64,000 bases of DNA from Candidatus Magasanikiibacteriota bacterium (GTDB taxonomy: Bacteria > Patescibacteriota > Patescibacteriia > Magasanikbacterales > GWA2-37-8). Each line of letters begins with the position of its first letter. The first letter of the stretch is position 1. Below, piece by piece: positions 26,539 through 37,292 of this stretch. A program made the position numbers and the translations under genes. The notes beneath the pieces are model-generated. The model was not told where the DNA came from, searched no databases, and worked only from the letters and a program-made list of their open reading frames with translations. The stretch lies in assembly GCA_041665405.1 (NCBI GenBank), contig JBAYIZ010000005.1, positions 2,513 through 66,512 on the forward strand, given 5' to 3'.

Positions 26539-27268
26539 ATTTGGTTTGGAAATAATAAATCTATCAAAATCATTCGATAATCATACAGTTTTTGATGATT
26601 TCAATTTGGCTATACCCAAAGGCGAGATCATAGGTATATATGGCCCCAACGGTTGTGGTAAATCGACATTTCTTCATCTCTTGGCCGGAATACAGGAGCC
26701 AGATAAAGGGACAATCAGAATTAATAATAAAAAACCAAAAGAAATAAAACCCGGAATTGTTTTCCAAAATTATTCTGATCATCTACTACCATGGAAAAAG
26801 ACAATGGAAAACATTTTTTTGCAAGAAAAAATTCAGAAAAATACCAGAAGTGAAGAAATGTTAGATCATTTATCCGATTCACAAAAAAATCTTTTTCAGA
26901 ATTTATATCCATACGAACTCAGCGGAGGGCAACAACAATTATCATCTATTCTGAGGTCATTGATTAATACAGACGACTTAATATTATTGGACGAACCATT
27001 TTCTAGTTTAGATCAAAACATTAAAAATCAAGCTCATGATTTGATACTAAAGAACAGACAAAATGACCGGACCATTGTTTTGGTGACTCACGATTTACTA
27101 GATTCTGTATATTTATCAGATAGAATAATTGTATTAAAAGGGACTCCCGTCCATAACAAATATTTGAATCTAAATACAAAGTATAATTTCAAAGATAAAA
27201 TAGATCTTCTCCATTCATCGTTTTTCAGCGATATTTATAAACAAACAATGGAATACATAGCGTCATAA
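26483..27268 (+). CDS. ABC transporter ATP-binding protein
   Basis: GIYGPNGCGKSTFL (Walker A), LSGGQQQ (signature), LLLDEPFSSLD (Walker B). The likely true start is ATG 26528. Confidence 0.75.
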   Translation: MKHRSLKRELDLSQCMPNEFGLEIINLSKSFDNHTVFDDFNLAIPKGEIIGIYGPNGCGKSTFLHLLAGIQEPDKGTIRINNKKPKEIKPGIVFQNYSDHLLPWKKTMENIFLQEKIQKNTRSEEMLDHLSDSQKNLFQNLYPYELSGGQQQLSSILRSLINTDDLILLDEPFSSLDQNIKNQAHDLILKNRQNDRTIVLVTHDLLDSVYLSDRIIVLKGTPVHNKYLNLNTKYNFKDKIDLLHSSFFSDIYKQTMEYIAS

Positions 27269-27270
27269 AT

Positions 27271-28017
27271 ATGAAACGCTCTAAAATATTATACGCGATC
27301 GGTCCCATAGCTATTTTAGCTGGATGGTATTTTTTTGCGTATTATCCTACAAATTTTAATATCTTAATACCGAAACCTGTTCAGGTAATGCTATCGTTCA
27401 AAAATTTCCCACAGATTTTAATGAAGTCGACCATTGCGACTCTGTATACTTGGTCAACTGGAACATTATTGGGAATAATATTAGGAATTTTGATTGGATT
27501 TATTTGCGGCTATTATCAAAATTTATTTAAAATAATCGAAATTCCGCTTGATTTTTTTCGTTCGATTCCCTCAATAACGCTTTTGCCGATTGTCGCTCTT
27601 TTTTTAGGTTCAGGATTAACGGCTAAATTTTTCATTGTCACCTTCGTGACTTTTCTTTATGTATTTATTCACACAACTTATGGAATAAAATATAGTCGCA
27701 CCAGTAAACAAAATTTGGCGTTGGCTTGGCGACTAAATCCTTGGCAAAATTTTAGAGAAATTATATTTTATTCATCTCTGCCGAGCATATTTGCCGGCAT
27801 CCGAACGGCGATTACACTTGGTTTGATAGCTACCATATCATCAGAGATGACAATCCTAGGAACAGCAGGACTGGGGAAAAAAATAATTGATAATATGGTT
27901 ATTTATAACACGACCGAGATGTATGAAATAATAATTATTATTGGACTGATTGGATACGCTACCAATAAGTTAATTGTCATTTTAGAAAATAACGTCATTC
28001 ATTGGAAAGGACATTAG
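27271..28017 (+). CDS. ABC transporter permease (BPD_transp_1, NitT/TauT type)
   Basis: 6-TM protein carrying the EAA-like loop of the sulfonate/nitrate/taurine family. Confidence 0.65.
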   Translation: MKRSKILYAIGPIAILAGWYFFAYYPTNFNILIPKPVQVMLSFKNFPQILMKSTIATLYTWSTGTLLGIILGILIGFICGYYQNLFKIIEIPLDFFRSIPSITLLPIVALFLGSGLTAKFFIVTFVTFLYVFIHTTYGIKYSRTSKQNLALAWRLNPWQNFREIIFYSSLPSIFAGIRTAITLGLIATISSEMTILGTAGLGKKIIDNMVIYNTTEMYEIIIIIGLIGYATNKLIVILENNVIHWKGH

Positions 28018-28778
28018 CCATTTGGCAATGTTTTCCACCATGCTTTCCAAATCGAACGCAGAGTTTGTGCAATGGCCGCATCTTCGATAATCACCGCCGC
28101 CCCAGGACGACGAAAACTCATCATAGTGACTTTGTTATCGTAAATATTTATCTCGGTTTCAAATTCTACATCTTTTACCAATCTAGTTTCGCGTAATTGT
28201 TCATCGTCTTTCTTTTGTACATCTCGCGCAGTATGACTATCTTTGGCAATATTAAAATATTTTATTTTCCGTTTGGCACGCTCTTCTGGAATTCGCCAAA
28301 TCGAAAGTGAGTCCATTAGATAAAACATTTTTTCATAATCCGCAAAACCATAAATACTTCCTTGTGCGGTTAGAAGATCACTATAAGCATTTTTTATTCC
28401 CTCTACTCCCTGATAAAATTTAACTTTCGGTTTGTGTGATGGCAAATTAAATATACTCATCAATTCCGGTAGTGATTGTTTAAATTCTTCACTCTGTCTT
28501 TGCAAACGCAAAGATAAATTATTTGGATCTTCAGCGACCAAGACAACTTTTTTGCCCTCTTTTATTTCAGATACCAAACCTTTATTTTTCATTTCCTCCA
28601 AAAAATTATAAATACTAGTGCGCTTTACACCAGATTTCAACGACACCTCTTGAATTGTTCCTTTTCCCAATTCCAAACAAGCCAGATAAACCTGAGCTTG
28701 TTTTTCGTCTATTCCCATTGTTTTTAGAGTGTCTATGATTGCCATATGTGTTGAAAGGTGGTGTTTATTTTTAGCCAA
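28014..28778 (-). CDS. second TrmB-family transcriptional regulator
   Basis: N-terminal HTH LKTMGIDEKQAQVYLACLELGKGTIQEVSLKSGVKRTSIYNFLEEMKNKGLV. Convergent with the ABC operon, overlapping the permease stop by 4 nt. Confidence 0.6.
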   Translation of the reverse strand: MAKNKHHLSTHMAIIDTLKTMGIDEKQAQVYLACLELGKGTIQEVSLKSGVKRTSIYNFLEEMKNKGLVSEIKEGKKVVLVAEDPNNLSLRLQRQSEEFKQSLPELMSIFNLPSHKPKVKFYQGVEGIKNAYSDLLTAQGSIYGFADYEKMFYLMDSLSIWRIPEERAKRKIKYFNIAKDSHTARDVQKKDDEQLRETRLVKDVEFETEINIYDNKVTMMSFRRPGAAVIIEDAAIAQTLRSIWKAWWKTLPNG

Positions 28779-28994
28779 AACATTATATTGTCTATATTTT
28801 AGACAATATCATATTTTGATTATATTGTCAATTGTGGCTTATTATAGCTATAATTCTTATTACAATCGAATTGTAAATTGTTTTGACTATAATATGGACA
28901 ATAATATTCAAAGCCCATATAATAGGCTGTTTATTATAATAAATTCAAAAGGTCGAAATCTTTTTAAATTAAAAAACTAATCAATAAATTAACT

Positions 28995-30134
28995 ATGAAC
29001 ACAAAAAATAAAATAATTGCTTTAATAACAGTAGTGATGGTAGTCGTGATTGGCGTGAATTTTTATAAATCCAATAACTCATCCAATTCTACCAACATCA
29101 GCGAACCAATCAAAATTGGTTTTATACTTCCACTTAGCGGAGAAATTGCCAGTTTAGGAGAAAATATTAAAGACGGAGCCGTTGTCGCAGCCAATGAAAT
29201 AAACCAAGTGGGAGGAATTAATGGTCGCAAACTAGAATTAGTTTTCGAAGATGGCAAATGTAATCTTAAAGATGGAGTAAATGCAGCCAACAAGTTAATT
29301 AACATAGATAAAGTACCAATCTTAATAAGTGGCTGTTCAGACGAAACCTTGGGTGCCGCTCCCCTAGCCGAACAAAGCCATACCATAATCCTGACTCCTG
29401 TTTCCACCAATCCAAAAATTACTACCGCTGGTGATTATATTTTTCGATTGATACCGTCAGATTCTTTTCAAGGAAAATTCGCTGCCGATTATCTATACGA
29501 TACTTTAAGTAAACGAAAAGTAGCTATTCTTTTTAATACCGACAAAGAATGGAGTGTAGGTGTAAAAACTGTATTTGAAAAACGCTTTTTAGAAAAAGGT
29601 GGCCAAATTGTCGCCAACGAAGGCGTCACCTCAGAAAGTCGAGACTTGCGTACGACTTTAGAAAAAATAAAAGTTTCCCAACCAGATGTAGTATATGCTC
29701 CAACTTTTATTGATTCCGGAATAGTCTTATTAAAACAATCAACCGAAATCGGTCTAGACACACAAATTTTTGGAGGTGATGTCTGGGATGATGCTAAATT
29801 TGGCAAAGAAGCTGGTATTAGTGGTAATGGTGCCCGTTTTTCAGTTGTATCCAACCGACAAAATCCACAATTTTTTATTGATGCGATGAGTGCTCTACCA
29901 GGTGGTAAGGATATCAATGCATACGCCCCGCGCGCTTATGATGCCGTAAAAATTGTCTCTAATATTTTTGCTCGTGTTGGTACTGATACTGAAAAAATAA
30001 AAAACGAACTATACAAAATAAATAATTACATCGGCATTGCTGATACCTACAGTATTGACAACAACGGTGATCTATCCAACGCCCAATATTCAATCAAAGA
30101 ATTCCAAAACGGACAAATCATCGATGTGAAATAA
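28995..30134 (+). CDS. livJ: branched-chain amino-acid-type ABC substrate-binding protein (LivJ/Peripla_BP_6)
   Basis: Signal anchor, then IKIGFILPLSGEIASLGENIKDGAVVAANEINQVGGINGRKLELVFED, typical of the Leu/Ile/Val-binding family. Confidence 0.7.
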   Translation: MNTKNKIIALITVVMVVVIGVNFYKSNNSSNSTNISEPIKIGFILPLSGEIASLGENIKDGAVVAANEINQVGGINGRKLELVFEDGKCNLKDGVNAANKLINIDKVPILISGCSDETLGAAPLAEQSHTIILTPVSTNPKITTAGDYIFRLIPSDSFQGKFAADYLYDTLSKRKVAILFNTDKEWSVGVKTVFEKRFLEKGGQIVANEGVTSESRDLRTTLEKIKVSQPDVVYAPTFIDSGIVLLKQSTEIGLDTQIFGGDVWDDAKFGKEAGISGNGARFSVVSNRQNPQFFIDAMSALPGGKDINAYAPRAYDAVKIVSNIFARVGTDTEKIKNELYKINNYIGIADTYSIDNNGDLSNAQYSIKEFQNGQIIDVK

Positions 30135-30169
30135 ATAATAATAAAGGGCATTGGCAACCCAGTGCCCTT

Positions 30170-31039
30170 TTGATTTATATGCCTATCTTTCAAATTACTT
30201 TAAATGGAATTTTAACTGGATGTATCTACTGTTTGATAGCTGTTAGTTTTGGTTTGTCCTATAAAACCGTAAAATTTTATAACTTGGCGCACGTCAGTTT
30301 AATTTTAATTGGAGGTTATACCATGTTGTTGTTTTATAAAATATGGAGTCTTCCTTTCATTCCATCATTGATTATTTCTATTTTATTGACGGCAGTTATT
30401 GCCTATTTAATTCAAAAATATATTTACACGCCATTACGCAACCGCGGAGCCACTGACATGGCTATGCTAATCGCCTCTTTAGGAATTAACGCGATTATTA
30501 GTGGTCTGATTGCCATAATTTTTTCTAACCAATTTCAGTCAATCGCCAACGCTAATCTTCCGACAATTATTTATACTTTTTTTAATTTAAGTATTACAAA
30601 AATTCAATTATTCAATTTTATTACTACCACCTTTGTATTAATTTTTGTCTTTTCAATTAATAAATATTCCAACTTGGGTAGGGCAATATCTGCTATCGGT
30701 GACAACGAGGAAACGGCAAAAATTTTCGGCATCGATACAAAAAAAATTATTGGTCGAACGGCTTTTTTATCGGGCGCGATAGCTGGTCTCTCAGGCATAA
30801 TTATTGGCTTTGATACGGGATTAAAACCAACCTTTGGAACAATGATTGTATATAAAGGTATCGCCGCCAACATAATTGGTGGCATTGGCAACCTTCCTTT
30901 ATCCGCCCTGACTTCGATTATTTTGGGAATTACTGAAAACTTTGGTACCTATATTTTAAACAGTCAATGGCGGGACTTAATTGTATTTTTATTAATGATT
31001 ATTTTTATGTATTGCCGATCATTAAAAAACGCCCGATAA
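30170..31039 (+). CDS. livH: branched-chain amino acid ABC permease LivH-type
   Basis: BPD_transp_2 polytopic protein; first permease of the operon. Confidence 0.7.
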   Translation: MIYMPIFQITLNGILTGCIYCLIAVSFGLSYKTVKFYNLAHVSLILIGGYTMLLFYKIWSLPFIPSLIISILLTAVIAYLIQKYIYTPLRNRGATDMAMLIASLGINAIISGLIAIIFSNQFQSIANANLPTIIYTFFNLSITKIQLFNFITTTFVLIFVFSINKYSNLGRAISAIGDNEETAKIFGIDTKKIIGRTAFLSGAIAGLSGIIIGFDTGLKPTFGTMIVYKGIAANIIGGIGNLPLSALTSIILGITENFGTYILNSQWRDLIVFLLMIIFMYCRSLKNAR

Positions 31040-31040
31040 T

Positions 31041-31907
31041 ATGTTTTACCTAACCCACATTTTAATTTTATTATCGATTTATATTATTTTATGTTTGGGA
31101 TTAAATCTGTTAGCAGGTAATACTGGCCTAATGAACCTATCCCAAGCGGCATTTTATGGTTTAGGTTCCTATTTATCCGCCATTTTTTTAACTAATTTTC
31201 ATCTAAATTTTTTTATAATAATATTGTTGACCATTATTATTATGATGGCAATTAGCTGGCCAATTGGTTATATTTTAAACCGTATTAAAGGTGATGATTT
31301 TGCTTTAGCTACACTAGGCATTAATATCATTATGTACGAATTGGTCATGAATTTGACTTCCATCACCAACGGGCCAGTGGGAATAGTTGGAGTCCCTAGG
31401 CCAACCATCGGAAATTTTACATTGAACAATAATTATTCTTTTCTATTTTTGTGTGTTGTGGCCCTAGTTATAATTTATATTCTGACTCTCATAATTTCTC
31501 GTTCATCGTTTGGTAGAGTTTTAAAATTTATTCGTGATGATGAAGATACTGCAAAAAGTTTTGGATACAAAACTGGACAATACAAATTGACTGTTTTTAT
31601 TTTTAATGCTTCCATCACCGCCGTGGCTGGAACTTTATTCGCTTCTTTCGCTAGAATGATTGAACCCACTGCCCTTTATACCAGTGAATCTATTTTAATA
31701 CTATCTGCTGTGATTTTAGGCGGATTGAGTAATCATATCGGATCAATATTTGGCGCAGTAATCATAGTCACCCTGCCAGAAATTTTACGCTTTATTGGCT
31801 TACCCAGTGCGATAGAAACTCAAGCTCGACAAATATTATATGGTTTAATGTTAGTGTCATTTATGTTTTATCGTCCACAGGGAATTTTTGGTCGATATAA
31901 ATTATAA
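31041..31907 (+). CDS. livM: branched-chain amino acid ABC permease LivM-type
   Basis: Second BPD_transp_2 permease. Confidence 0.7.
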   Translation: MFYLTHILILLSIYIILCLGLNLLAGNTGLMNLSQAAFYGLGSYLSAIFLTNFHLNFFIIILLTIIIMMAISWPIGYILNRIKGDDFALATLGINIIMYELVMNLTSITNGPVGIVGVPRPTIGNFTLNNNYSFLFLCVVALVIIYILTLIISRSSFGRVLKFIRDDEDTAKSFGYKTGQYKLTVFIFNASITAVAGTLFASFARMIEPTALYTSESILILSAVILGGLSNHIGSIFGAVIIVTLPEILRFIGLPSAIETQARQILYGLMLVSFMFYRPQGIFGRYKL

Positions 31908-32616
31908 TATGAATATTTTAGAATTAAAAAATATTACCAAAAAATATGGTGCTACTACCGCTCTAGATAATTTATCTATCGCTTTTAGGGCAGGTAGAAT
32001 TTCGGGCGTAACTGGACCAAACGGCTCAGGAAAAAGTACTATGTTCAACATTATCAGCGGAAGACAAAACACCGATGAGGGAGAAATTTTTTTGAACAGA
32101 AAAAAAATACCCTATTTGAATATTGAAAGCGCCAATATATGCGGCATAATTTATGTTTTTCAGGAGCCAAAACTGTTTGATCAAATTTCAGTTTTAGATA
32201 ATATATTAGCACCGAAAATGATCAAACCGATTTTTGCTGCCATGAGAGAAATGAACTACGACCGACATATTCAATCAATTTGCCCAATACTCAAAAAAAT
32301 GGGTTTATGGGATAAACGAAACGAACTTGCATCTAATCTTTCTTATGGACAGAGAAAACTATTACAATTGTCGCGAGCGGTAGCGAGCAACGCCTCAATA
32401 ATTTTGTTGGATGAACCATTTGCCGGATTATTTTCTGAAACTAAACAAATTATCAAACAAATTATAATTGAACTAAAAAAACAAAATAAAACCATTATCT
32501 TAATTGAACATAACCAAAAGATACTACAGGATTTATGCGACAAAATATTTTTATTAAATAACGGCCATTTGGTTAATTGCGAGAAACCAGAAAAAATATG
32601 GGGCAAATTATTATAA
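31888..32616 (+). CDS. livG: ABC ATP-binding protein LivG-type
   Basis: GVTGPNGSGKST, LSYGQRK, ILLDEPFAGL. Confidence 0.75.
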   Translation: MVDINYNMNILELKNITKKYGATTALDNLSIAFRAGRISGVTGPNGSGKSTMFNIISGRQNTDEGEIFLNRKKIPYLNIESANICGIIYVFQEPKLFDQISVLDNILAPKMIKPIFAAMREMNYDRHIQSICPILKKMGLWDKRNELASNLSYGQRKLLQLSRAVASNASIILLDEPFAGLFSETKQIIKQIIIELKKQNKTIILIEHNQKILQDLCDKIFLLNNGHLVNCEKPEKIWGKLL

Positions 32617-33242
32617 AAAATATAACGGTAAAATTTGGAGATACACCAATTTTGGATAATATCTCATTGACTGTGAATCGTGGACAAATAATTGGCATTG
32701 TGGGAGAAAACGGTTCTGGAAAAACCACTTTACTGAAAACAATCTTTGGTATAATAAAACCAAAAGAAGGTACTATTATTATTGAAAAAGATTCCGGTCC
32801 GTTTGAATCCAATAGAGATATTATGTACTTGCCTCAAGAGGAAAAAATCTTTTCCAATTTGACCGTAGAAGAAAATTTAAAAATGAATATTTTTTATTTA
32901 AATAATAAAAAAGAATTAAACATGAAAATAGCCAAGGCTTTAATTTATTTTCCAATCTTAAAAAGCCGACTAAAAAACAAAGCTGGTTATTTATCTGGCG
33001 GAGAGCAACAAATGCTCGCCCTGTCACGCATTATCATTATAAAGCCAAAAATTGTACTACTGGACGAACCAACCCTGGGACTTTCGGAAAAATTGATTGC
33101 CGAGATATTCCAAAGAATTAAGGAAATTAATCAACAATATCAAACTACTGTGCTAATAGCGGAACATAACGTCGAAGCTTTGAAAGTAATTTCTGACCAT
33201 ATTTTGACCATAGATAACAACAAAATTAAAACCATTACTTAA
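32577..33242 (+). CDS. livF: ABC ATP-binding protein LivF-type
   Basis: GIVGENGSGKTT, LSGGEQQ, VLLDEPTLGL. Confidence 0.75.
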   Translation: MRETRKNMGQIIIKNITVKFGDTPILDNISLTVNRGQIIGIVGENGSGKTTLLKTIFGIIKPKEGTIIIEKDSGPFESNRDIMYLPQEEKIFSNLTVEENLKMNIFYLNNKKELNMKIAKALIYFPILKSRLKNKAGYLSGGEQQMLALSRIIIIKPKIVLLDEPTLGLSEKLIAEIFQRIKEINQQYQTTVLIAEHNVEALKVISDHILTIDNNKIKTIT

Positions 33243-33320
33243 TCCTTGCCCAAACCTAGCAAAAATGATAATATTGACATTGAAAGATCCCCGCGTTTGC
33301 GAGGATAACAATGTCTAAAT

Positions 33321-34883
33321 ATGCCAAAATACATCCCTATTATCGGTCTAGAAATCCATGTGGAACTCAAAACCAAGAGCAAAATGTTTTGTGCCTGTGC
33401 GAACAATCCAGACCGCGATGCTCCCAACACCAATATCTGTGAAATTTGTCTCGCCCACCCTGGCACTATTCCTGTACCAAATAAAACCGCGATTGAATGG
33501 ACGGTAAAAATCGCCTCCGCTTTGGGATGTAAAATAAATGAATATTCCAAATTTGATCGCAAACATTATTTTTATCCAGATTTACCAAAAGGTTATCAGA
33601 TTTCTCAGTATGACCAACCAGTTGGTGAACATGGCGCGGTGGAATTAAATTTTGTAAATACCAAAAATCATCGTGACTCTGCTCGTATCGGTATCACCCG
33701 CGTTCACCTCGAAGAAGATACTGCCAAACTCACTCACGGCACCGATGGTAGTTCACTAGTAGATTTCAATCGTGCTGGTGTACCATTGGTGGAAATTGTT
33801 TCTGATCCAGACATACAAAGTAGCACCGAAGCCAAAGCGTATTGCCAAGAATTGCAAACCATTTTGCGCTATCTAGATGTGAGTGATGCTGATATGGAAA
33901 AAGGCCACATGCGTTGTGAGGCCAATATTTCGATTCAAGAAGAAGGAAAATTTCAGATTATCAATGGTGTTGTAAAACCAGTTGGTAGTTATACATTAAA
34001 TAATAAAGTAGAAGTAAAAAATATCAATTCATTCAAGGCAATGGAAAAAGCGATTGATTTTGAAATCAAACGCCAAACTGCTCTCGCAGAAAAAGGCGAA
34101 AGTTGGGGTCCAGAAACTCGCGGGCTTGACGATGCCAAAGGCGAAACCGTACTGCAACGCGTGAAAGAATCCGCCGCTGATTATCGTTATTTCCCTGAGC
34201 CAGATATTCCTCCATTTCACCCATTACAAATTGCTGGCGAATTACATCTACCAGAATTACCTTCCACTCGTCGCAATCGTTTTCATTCTGAATATGGCTT
34301 TTCTTACGCTGATGCCCAAATTCTCACTACCGATAAATATTGGGCCGAATTTGCGGAAAATGTTTTCAGTGAATTAAAAAATTGGTTGAGTGATTTAAAA
34401 AATAATTTACTGATTGAAGAAACTATTAAAAATAAAAAAGAAGGAACACCTTCCCAACAGTTGGCTCGCCTTACTGGTGGTTGGCTTACTACCAAATTAG
34501 CGGGCGCGATGGCTGAAAGAAAAATCGATATTAAAGTTTTAAAAATTAAGCCAGAAAATTTTGCCGAATTGATCGCTCTAATTTTTACCAACCGTTTAAA
34601 TTCTACCAATGCTCAAAAAGTACTAAACGAAATGTTGGACTCTGGAGTAGATATGGATCCTACCCATATTATGGAAGAAAAAGGCTACGGACAAGTAACA
34701 GATGAAGGAAAACTAACCGAGATTGTAGCCGAAGTGATAAAAAATAATCCTAAACAAGTAGAACAATTTAAGGCTGGCAAAGAGCCAATTCTTCAATTCC
34801 TAAAAGGGATGGCGATGAAAGCGACCGAAGGTAGCGCAGATCCAGTGGTGGCAGAAAAATTATTGAGAGACCAATTAAAATAA
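33321..34883 (+). CDS. gatB: Asp/Glu-tRNA(Asn/Gln) amidotransferase subunit B
   Basis: MPKYIPIIGLEIHVELKTKSKMFCAC N-terminus and GatB/YqeY C-domain. 520 aa, with insertions relative to typical GatB. Confidence 0.8.
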   Translation: MPKYIPIIGLEIHVELKTKSKMFCACANNPDRDAPNTNICEICLAHPGTIPVPNKTAIEWTVKIASALGCKINEYSKFDRKHYFYPDLPKGYQISQYDQPVGEHGAVELNFVNTKNHRDSARIGITRVHLEEDTAKLTHGTDGSSLVDFNRAGVPLVEIVSDPDIQSSTEAKAYCQELQTILRYLDVSDADMEKGHMRCEANISIQEEGKFQIINGVVKPVGSYTLNNKVEVKNINSFKAMEKAIDFEIKRQTALAEKGESWGPETRGLDDAKGETVLQRVKESAADYRYFPEPDIPPFHPLQIAGELHLPELPSTRRNRFHSEYGFSYADAQILTTDKYWAEFAENVFSELKNWLSDLKNNLLIEETIKNKKEGTPSQQLARLTGGWLTTKLAGAMAERKIDIKVLKIKPENFAELIALIFTNRLNSTNAQKVLNEMLDSGVDMDPTHIMEEKGYGQVTDEGKLTEIVAEVIKNNPKQVEQFKAGKEPILQFLKGMAMKATEGSADPVVAEKLLRDQLK

Positions 34884-34887
34884 AAAT

Positions 34888-36108
34888 ATGGCGATTGTAC
34901 TAGGAAAAGAAACAAAAAAAGCCAAGGATAACTTCAACTTCAGCGGACAACCTTTTTCTACAAAATTGGCAAAGAATATTGCTTTGATCAAATCGGTGTC
35001 GGCAGAAGCTAATGCCGATTTAAAAGTATTGGATAAAACAATTGCTCAGGCGATTGTTTTGGTGTGCAATGAAATATTGAACGACAAACATTTGGAACAA
35101 TTTGTAGTCGACCAATATCAAGGTGGTGCCGGGACCTCGATGAATATGAACGCCAACGAAGTGATTACTGGACTAGCGCAAAAATTATTAAAAAATAAAA
35201 TCGCTGTGCATCCTTTGGACCATGTAAACCGTTCACAATCCACCAACGATGTTGTCCCTAGCGCAGCTAAAATTACTGTCCTACAATTATTAGATGACCT
35301 AGATCAAGAATTGGATAGTTATATAAAAATAACCAAAGAAAAAGCGCAACAATTTAAAAATATTAAAAAAAGTGGCCGTACTCACTTACAAGATGCCGTA
35401 CCGATGACGTTGGGACAAGAATTTTCCGCGCACGCTTGCGCAATAGAAAAAGATATTGCGCGATTAAACAAAACTCGTGCCAATCTTTATGAATTAAACT
35501 TAGGCGGGACTGCCATTGGTACAGAAATAAATTGTCCAAAAGGTTTTCGTCAATCGGTAATAAAAAAACTGGCCATTGCTACACACTATCCCCTGCGTTC
35601 CGCTTCAAATTTAATTTATTCTACTCAATATTGCGATCAATTTTTAGAAGTTGGATCAACTCTGACGATTCTGTCTTCAAATTTAATTAAATTTTTAAAT
35701 GATTTGCGCTTATTGGCATCCGGACCAAATACTGGACTAAACGAAATTAATTTTGCTCCTGTACAAAACGGTTCTACCATCATGCCAGGAAAAGTAAATC
35801 CTGTGATGGCCGAAGCTCTCACTCAAATTTGTTTTCAAGTAATTGGTAACTACCAAACAATGTTATTATCCGCTCAAGCGGGACAACTGGAATTAAATGT
35901 AATGGCACCAGTGCTGTATAAAAATCTATTTGAATCGTTGGAACTGATGACCAACGGTGTACACCAATTTTCTAAATTAGGCATGAATACTATTACCGCT
36001 AGTCCAGAAAAATGTAAAAAATGGTTGCAAGATAACACGACCGCTCAAAAAACTAAATTTGCGAATGAAATTGGTTATGATCAGGCCGAAAAAAAGAAAG
36101 GTGGATAA
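34888..36108 (+). CDS. class II fumarate hydratase / aspartate ammonia-lyase family lyase
   Basis: GTSMNMNANEVI and GSTIMPGKVNPVMAEAL (the GSSxMPxKxN signature). 406 aa, about 25 aa shorter at the N-terminus than FumC/AspA. Confidence 0.7.
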   Translation: MAIVLGKETKKAKDNFNFSGQPFSTKLAKNIALIKSVSAEANADLKVLDKTIAQAIVLVCNEILNDKHLEQFVVDQYQGGAGTSMNMNANEVITGLAQKLLKNKIAVHPLDHVNRSQSTNDVVPSAAKITVLQLLDDLDQELDSYIKITKEKAQQFKNIKKSGRTHLQDAVPMTLGQEFSAHACAIEKDIARLNKTRANLYELNLGGTAIGTEINCPKGFRQSVIKKLAIATHYPLRSASNLIYSTQYCDQFLEVGSTLTILSSNLIKFLNDLRLLASGPNTGLNEINFAPVQNGSTIMPGKVNPVMAEALTQICFQVIGNYQTMLLSAQAGQLELNVMAPVLYKNLFESLELMTNGVHQFSKLGMNTITASPEKCKKWLQDNTTAQKTKFANEIGYDQAEKKKGG

Positions 36109-36329
36109 GTATTTTTATATCGAATCTTAGCCAATAACCGGCCATTGACAGCACATCGAAAAAATGGGAGAATATCTTAGATAAAAATATGAATACTCCC
36201 CTAAATTATCACAAAAAGCAACACGAAAAAACCGCAGGGGGAGCATTTTTCATTTTTACAAGTATTTCACAAAACCACCGTTAATCGGTGGTTTTTTATA
36301 GTTCTTTTACAATTTGTTGTTCATTGAAA

Positions 36330-36394
36330 AAGCGAAGTTTGTTCGCACTCTTTAGAATCTTCCTGGATTTTGAAGAGTGCGCACAGCTTCGTTT
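36330..36394 (+). promoter_or_regulatory. 65-nt imperfect hairpin in the leader of the GC-rich UPRT-like gene
   Basis: AAGCGAAGTTTGTTCGCACTCTT...AAGAGTGCGCACAGCTTCGTTT; GGAG ribosome-binding site 11 nt before the ATG. The GC content rises here, so the hairpin probably belongs to the insert. Confidence 0.4.
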
Positions 36395-36445
36395 GATTTC
36401 ACCAACCCACACCGTCGCTGAAGTAGCGATTGGAGATTAGAAGCC

Positions 36446-37267
36446 ATGGCCGAAAAGACTTACATGTCCCTGACTGCAGCCCCCGGAGAGATCCACCACA
36501 TGTACGGCGACAACGTGCACCTGATGCACGACCCGCTGGCCCTGACGTGGCTCGCCCGGCTGTGTCATCCGTCCTGCGTGCAGCCCGAGATCAATCGGCT
36601 CATCACCCTGCTGTACCAAAACCTCGTTCGCGAGGTGATCAACCGCGAGCTCCCGCGGCGGATCGTGCGCTCCGAGACCCGCATGCGCGAGTACACCGAG
36701 CACGGCTACTACGACGGCATCGTCATCGACCCCGACTTCGAGGTGACGACCGTCGACATCATCCGGGCGGGCATGTTGCCTTCGATGGTGTGCTACGACA
36801 GACTCAACGAGATCCTCGACCCCAGCCGCGTCCGCCAAGACCACATCATGATGAGCCGACTGGTCAACGTCGACCAACAGGTCACGGGCGCCGGTCTCTT
36901 CGGCAACAAGATCGCTGGTCCGGTCGCCGGTCGGTTGATCTTGTGCCCGGATCCGATGGGGGCTACTGGTGGTTCCATGGTCGAGGCCGTGCACTTCTAC
37001 ATGAACGAACTGGACGGACCGCCGGAGCGTTTCTGCACGCTGAACCTGATCATCACCCCGGAGTACCTGAAGAAGATCCAGAGCGAGTTCCCCGACGGCC
37101 TCGTGACCGTCTACGCGTACCGCCTGGACCGTGGCTTGTCCGACCCCGACGTGCTGGCCGACATCCCCGGCGCTCAGTGGGACCGCGAACGCGGCCTGAA
37201 CGATCGCCAGTACATCGTGCCGGGCGCCGGCGGCATGGGTGAGATCATGAACAACGCGCTGTCGTGA
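36446..37267 (+). CDS. divergent uracil phosphoribosyltransferase-family protein, GC-rich foreign gene (273 aa, insertions and extended N-terminus)
   Basis: IIRAGML.SMV resembles Upp ILRAGLGM. LILCPDPMGATGGSMVEAV resembles Upp ALIVDPMLATGGS. RQYIVPGAGGMGE resembles Upp GYIIPGLGDAGD. Three long overlapping ORFs on both strands are typical of high-GC coding DNA. Confidence 0.55.
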   Translation: MAEKTYMSLTAAPGEIHHMYGDNVHLMHDPLALTWLARLCHPSCVQPEINRLITLLYQNLVREVINRELPRRIVRSETRMREYTEHGYYDGIVIDPDFEVTTVDIIRAGMLPSMVCYDRLNEILDPSRVRQDHIMMSRLVNVDQQVTGAGLFGNKIAGPVAGRLILCPDPMGATGGSMVEAVHFYMNELDGPPERFCTLNLIITPEYLKKIQSEFPDGLVTVYAYRLDRGLSDPDVLADIPGAQWDRERGLNDRQYIVPGAGGMGEIMNNALS

Positions 37268-37292
37268 TAGACAGCGAAGGAGGACAACGTGT

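Noticed and set aside
36189-36284. 31-codon ORF (MNTPLNYHKKQHEKTAGGAFFIFTSISQNHR) with an upstream TTGACA-like box in the aspA-UPRT gap
   Set aside because: Too short and compositionally unremarkable to call. It could be a leader peptide, but there is no supporting ribosome-binding site or conservation evidence.
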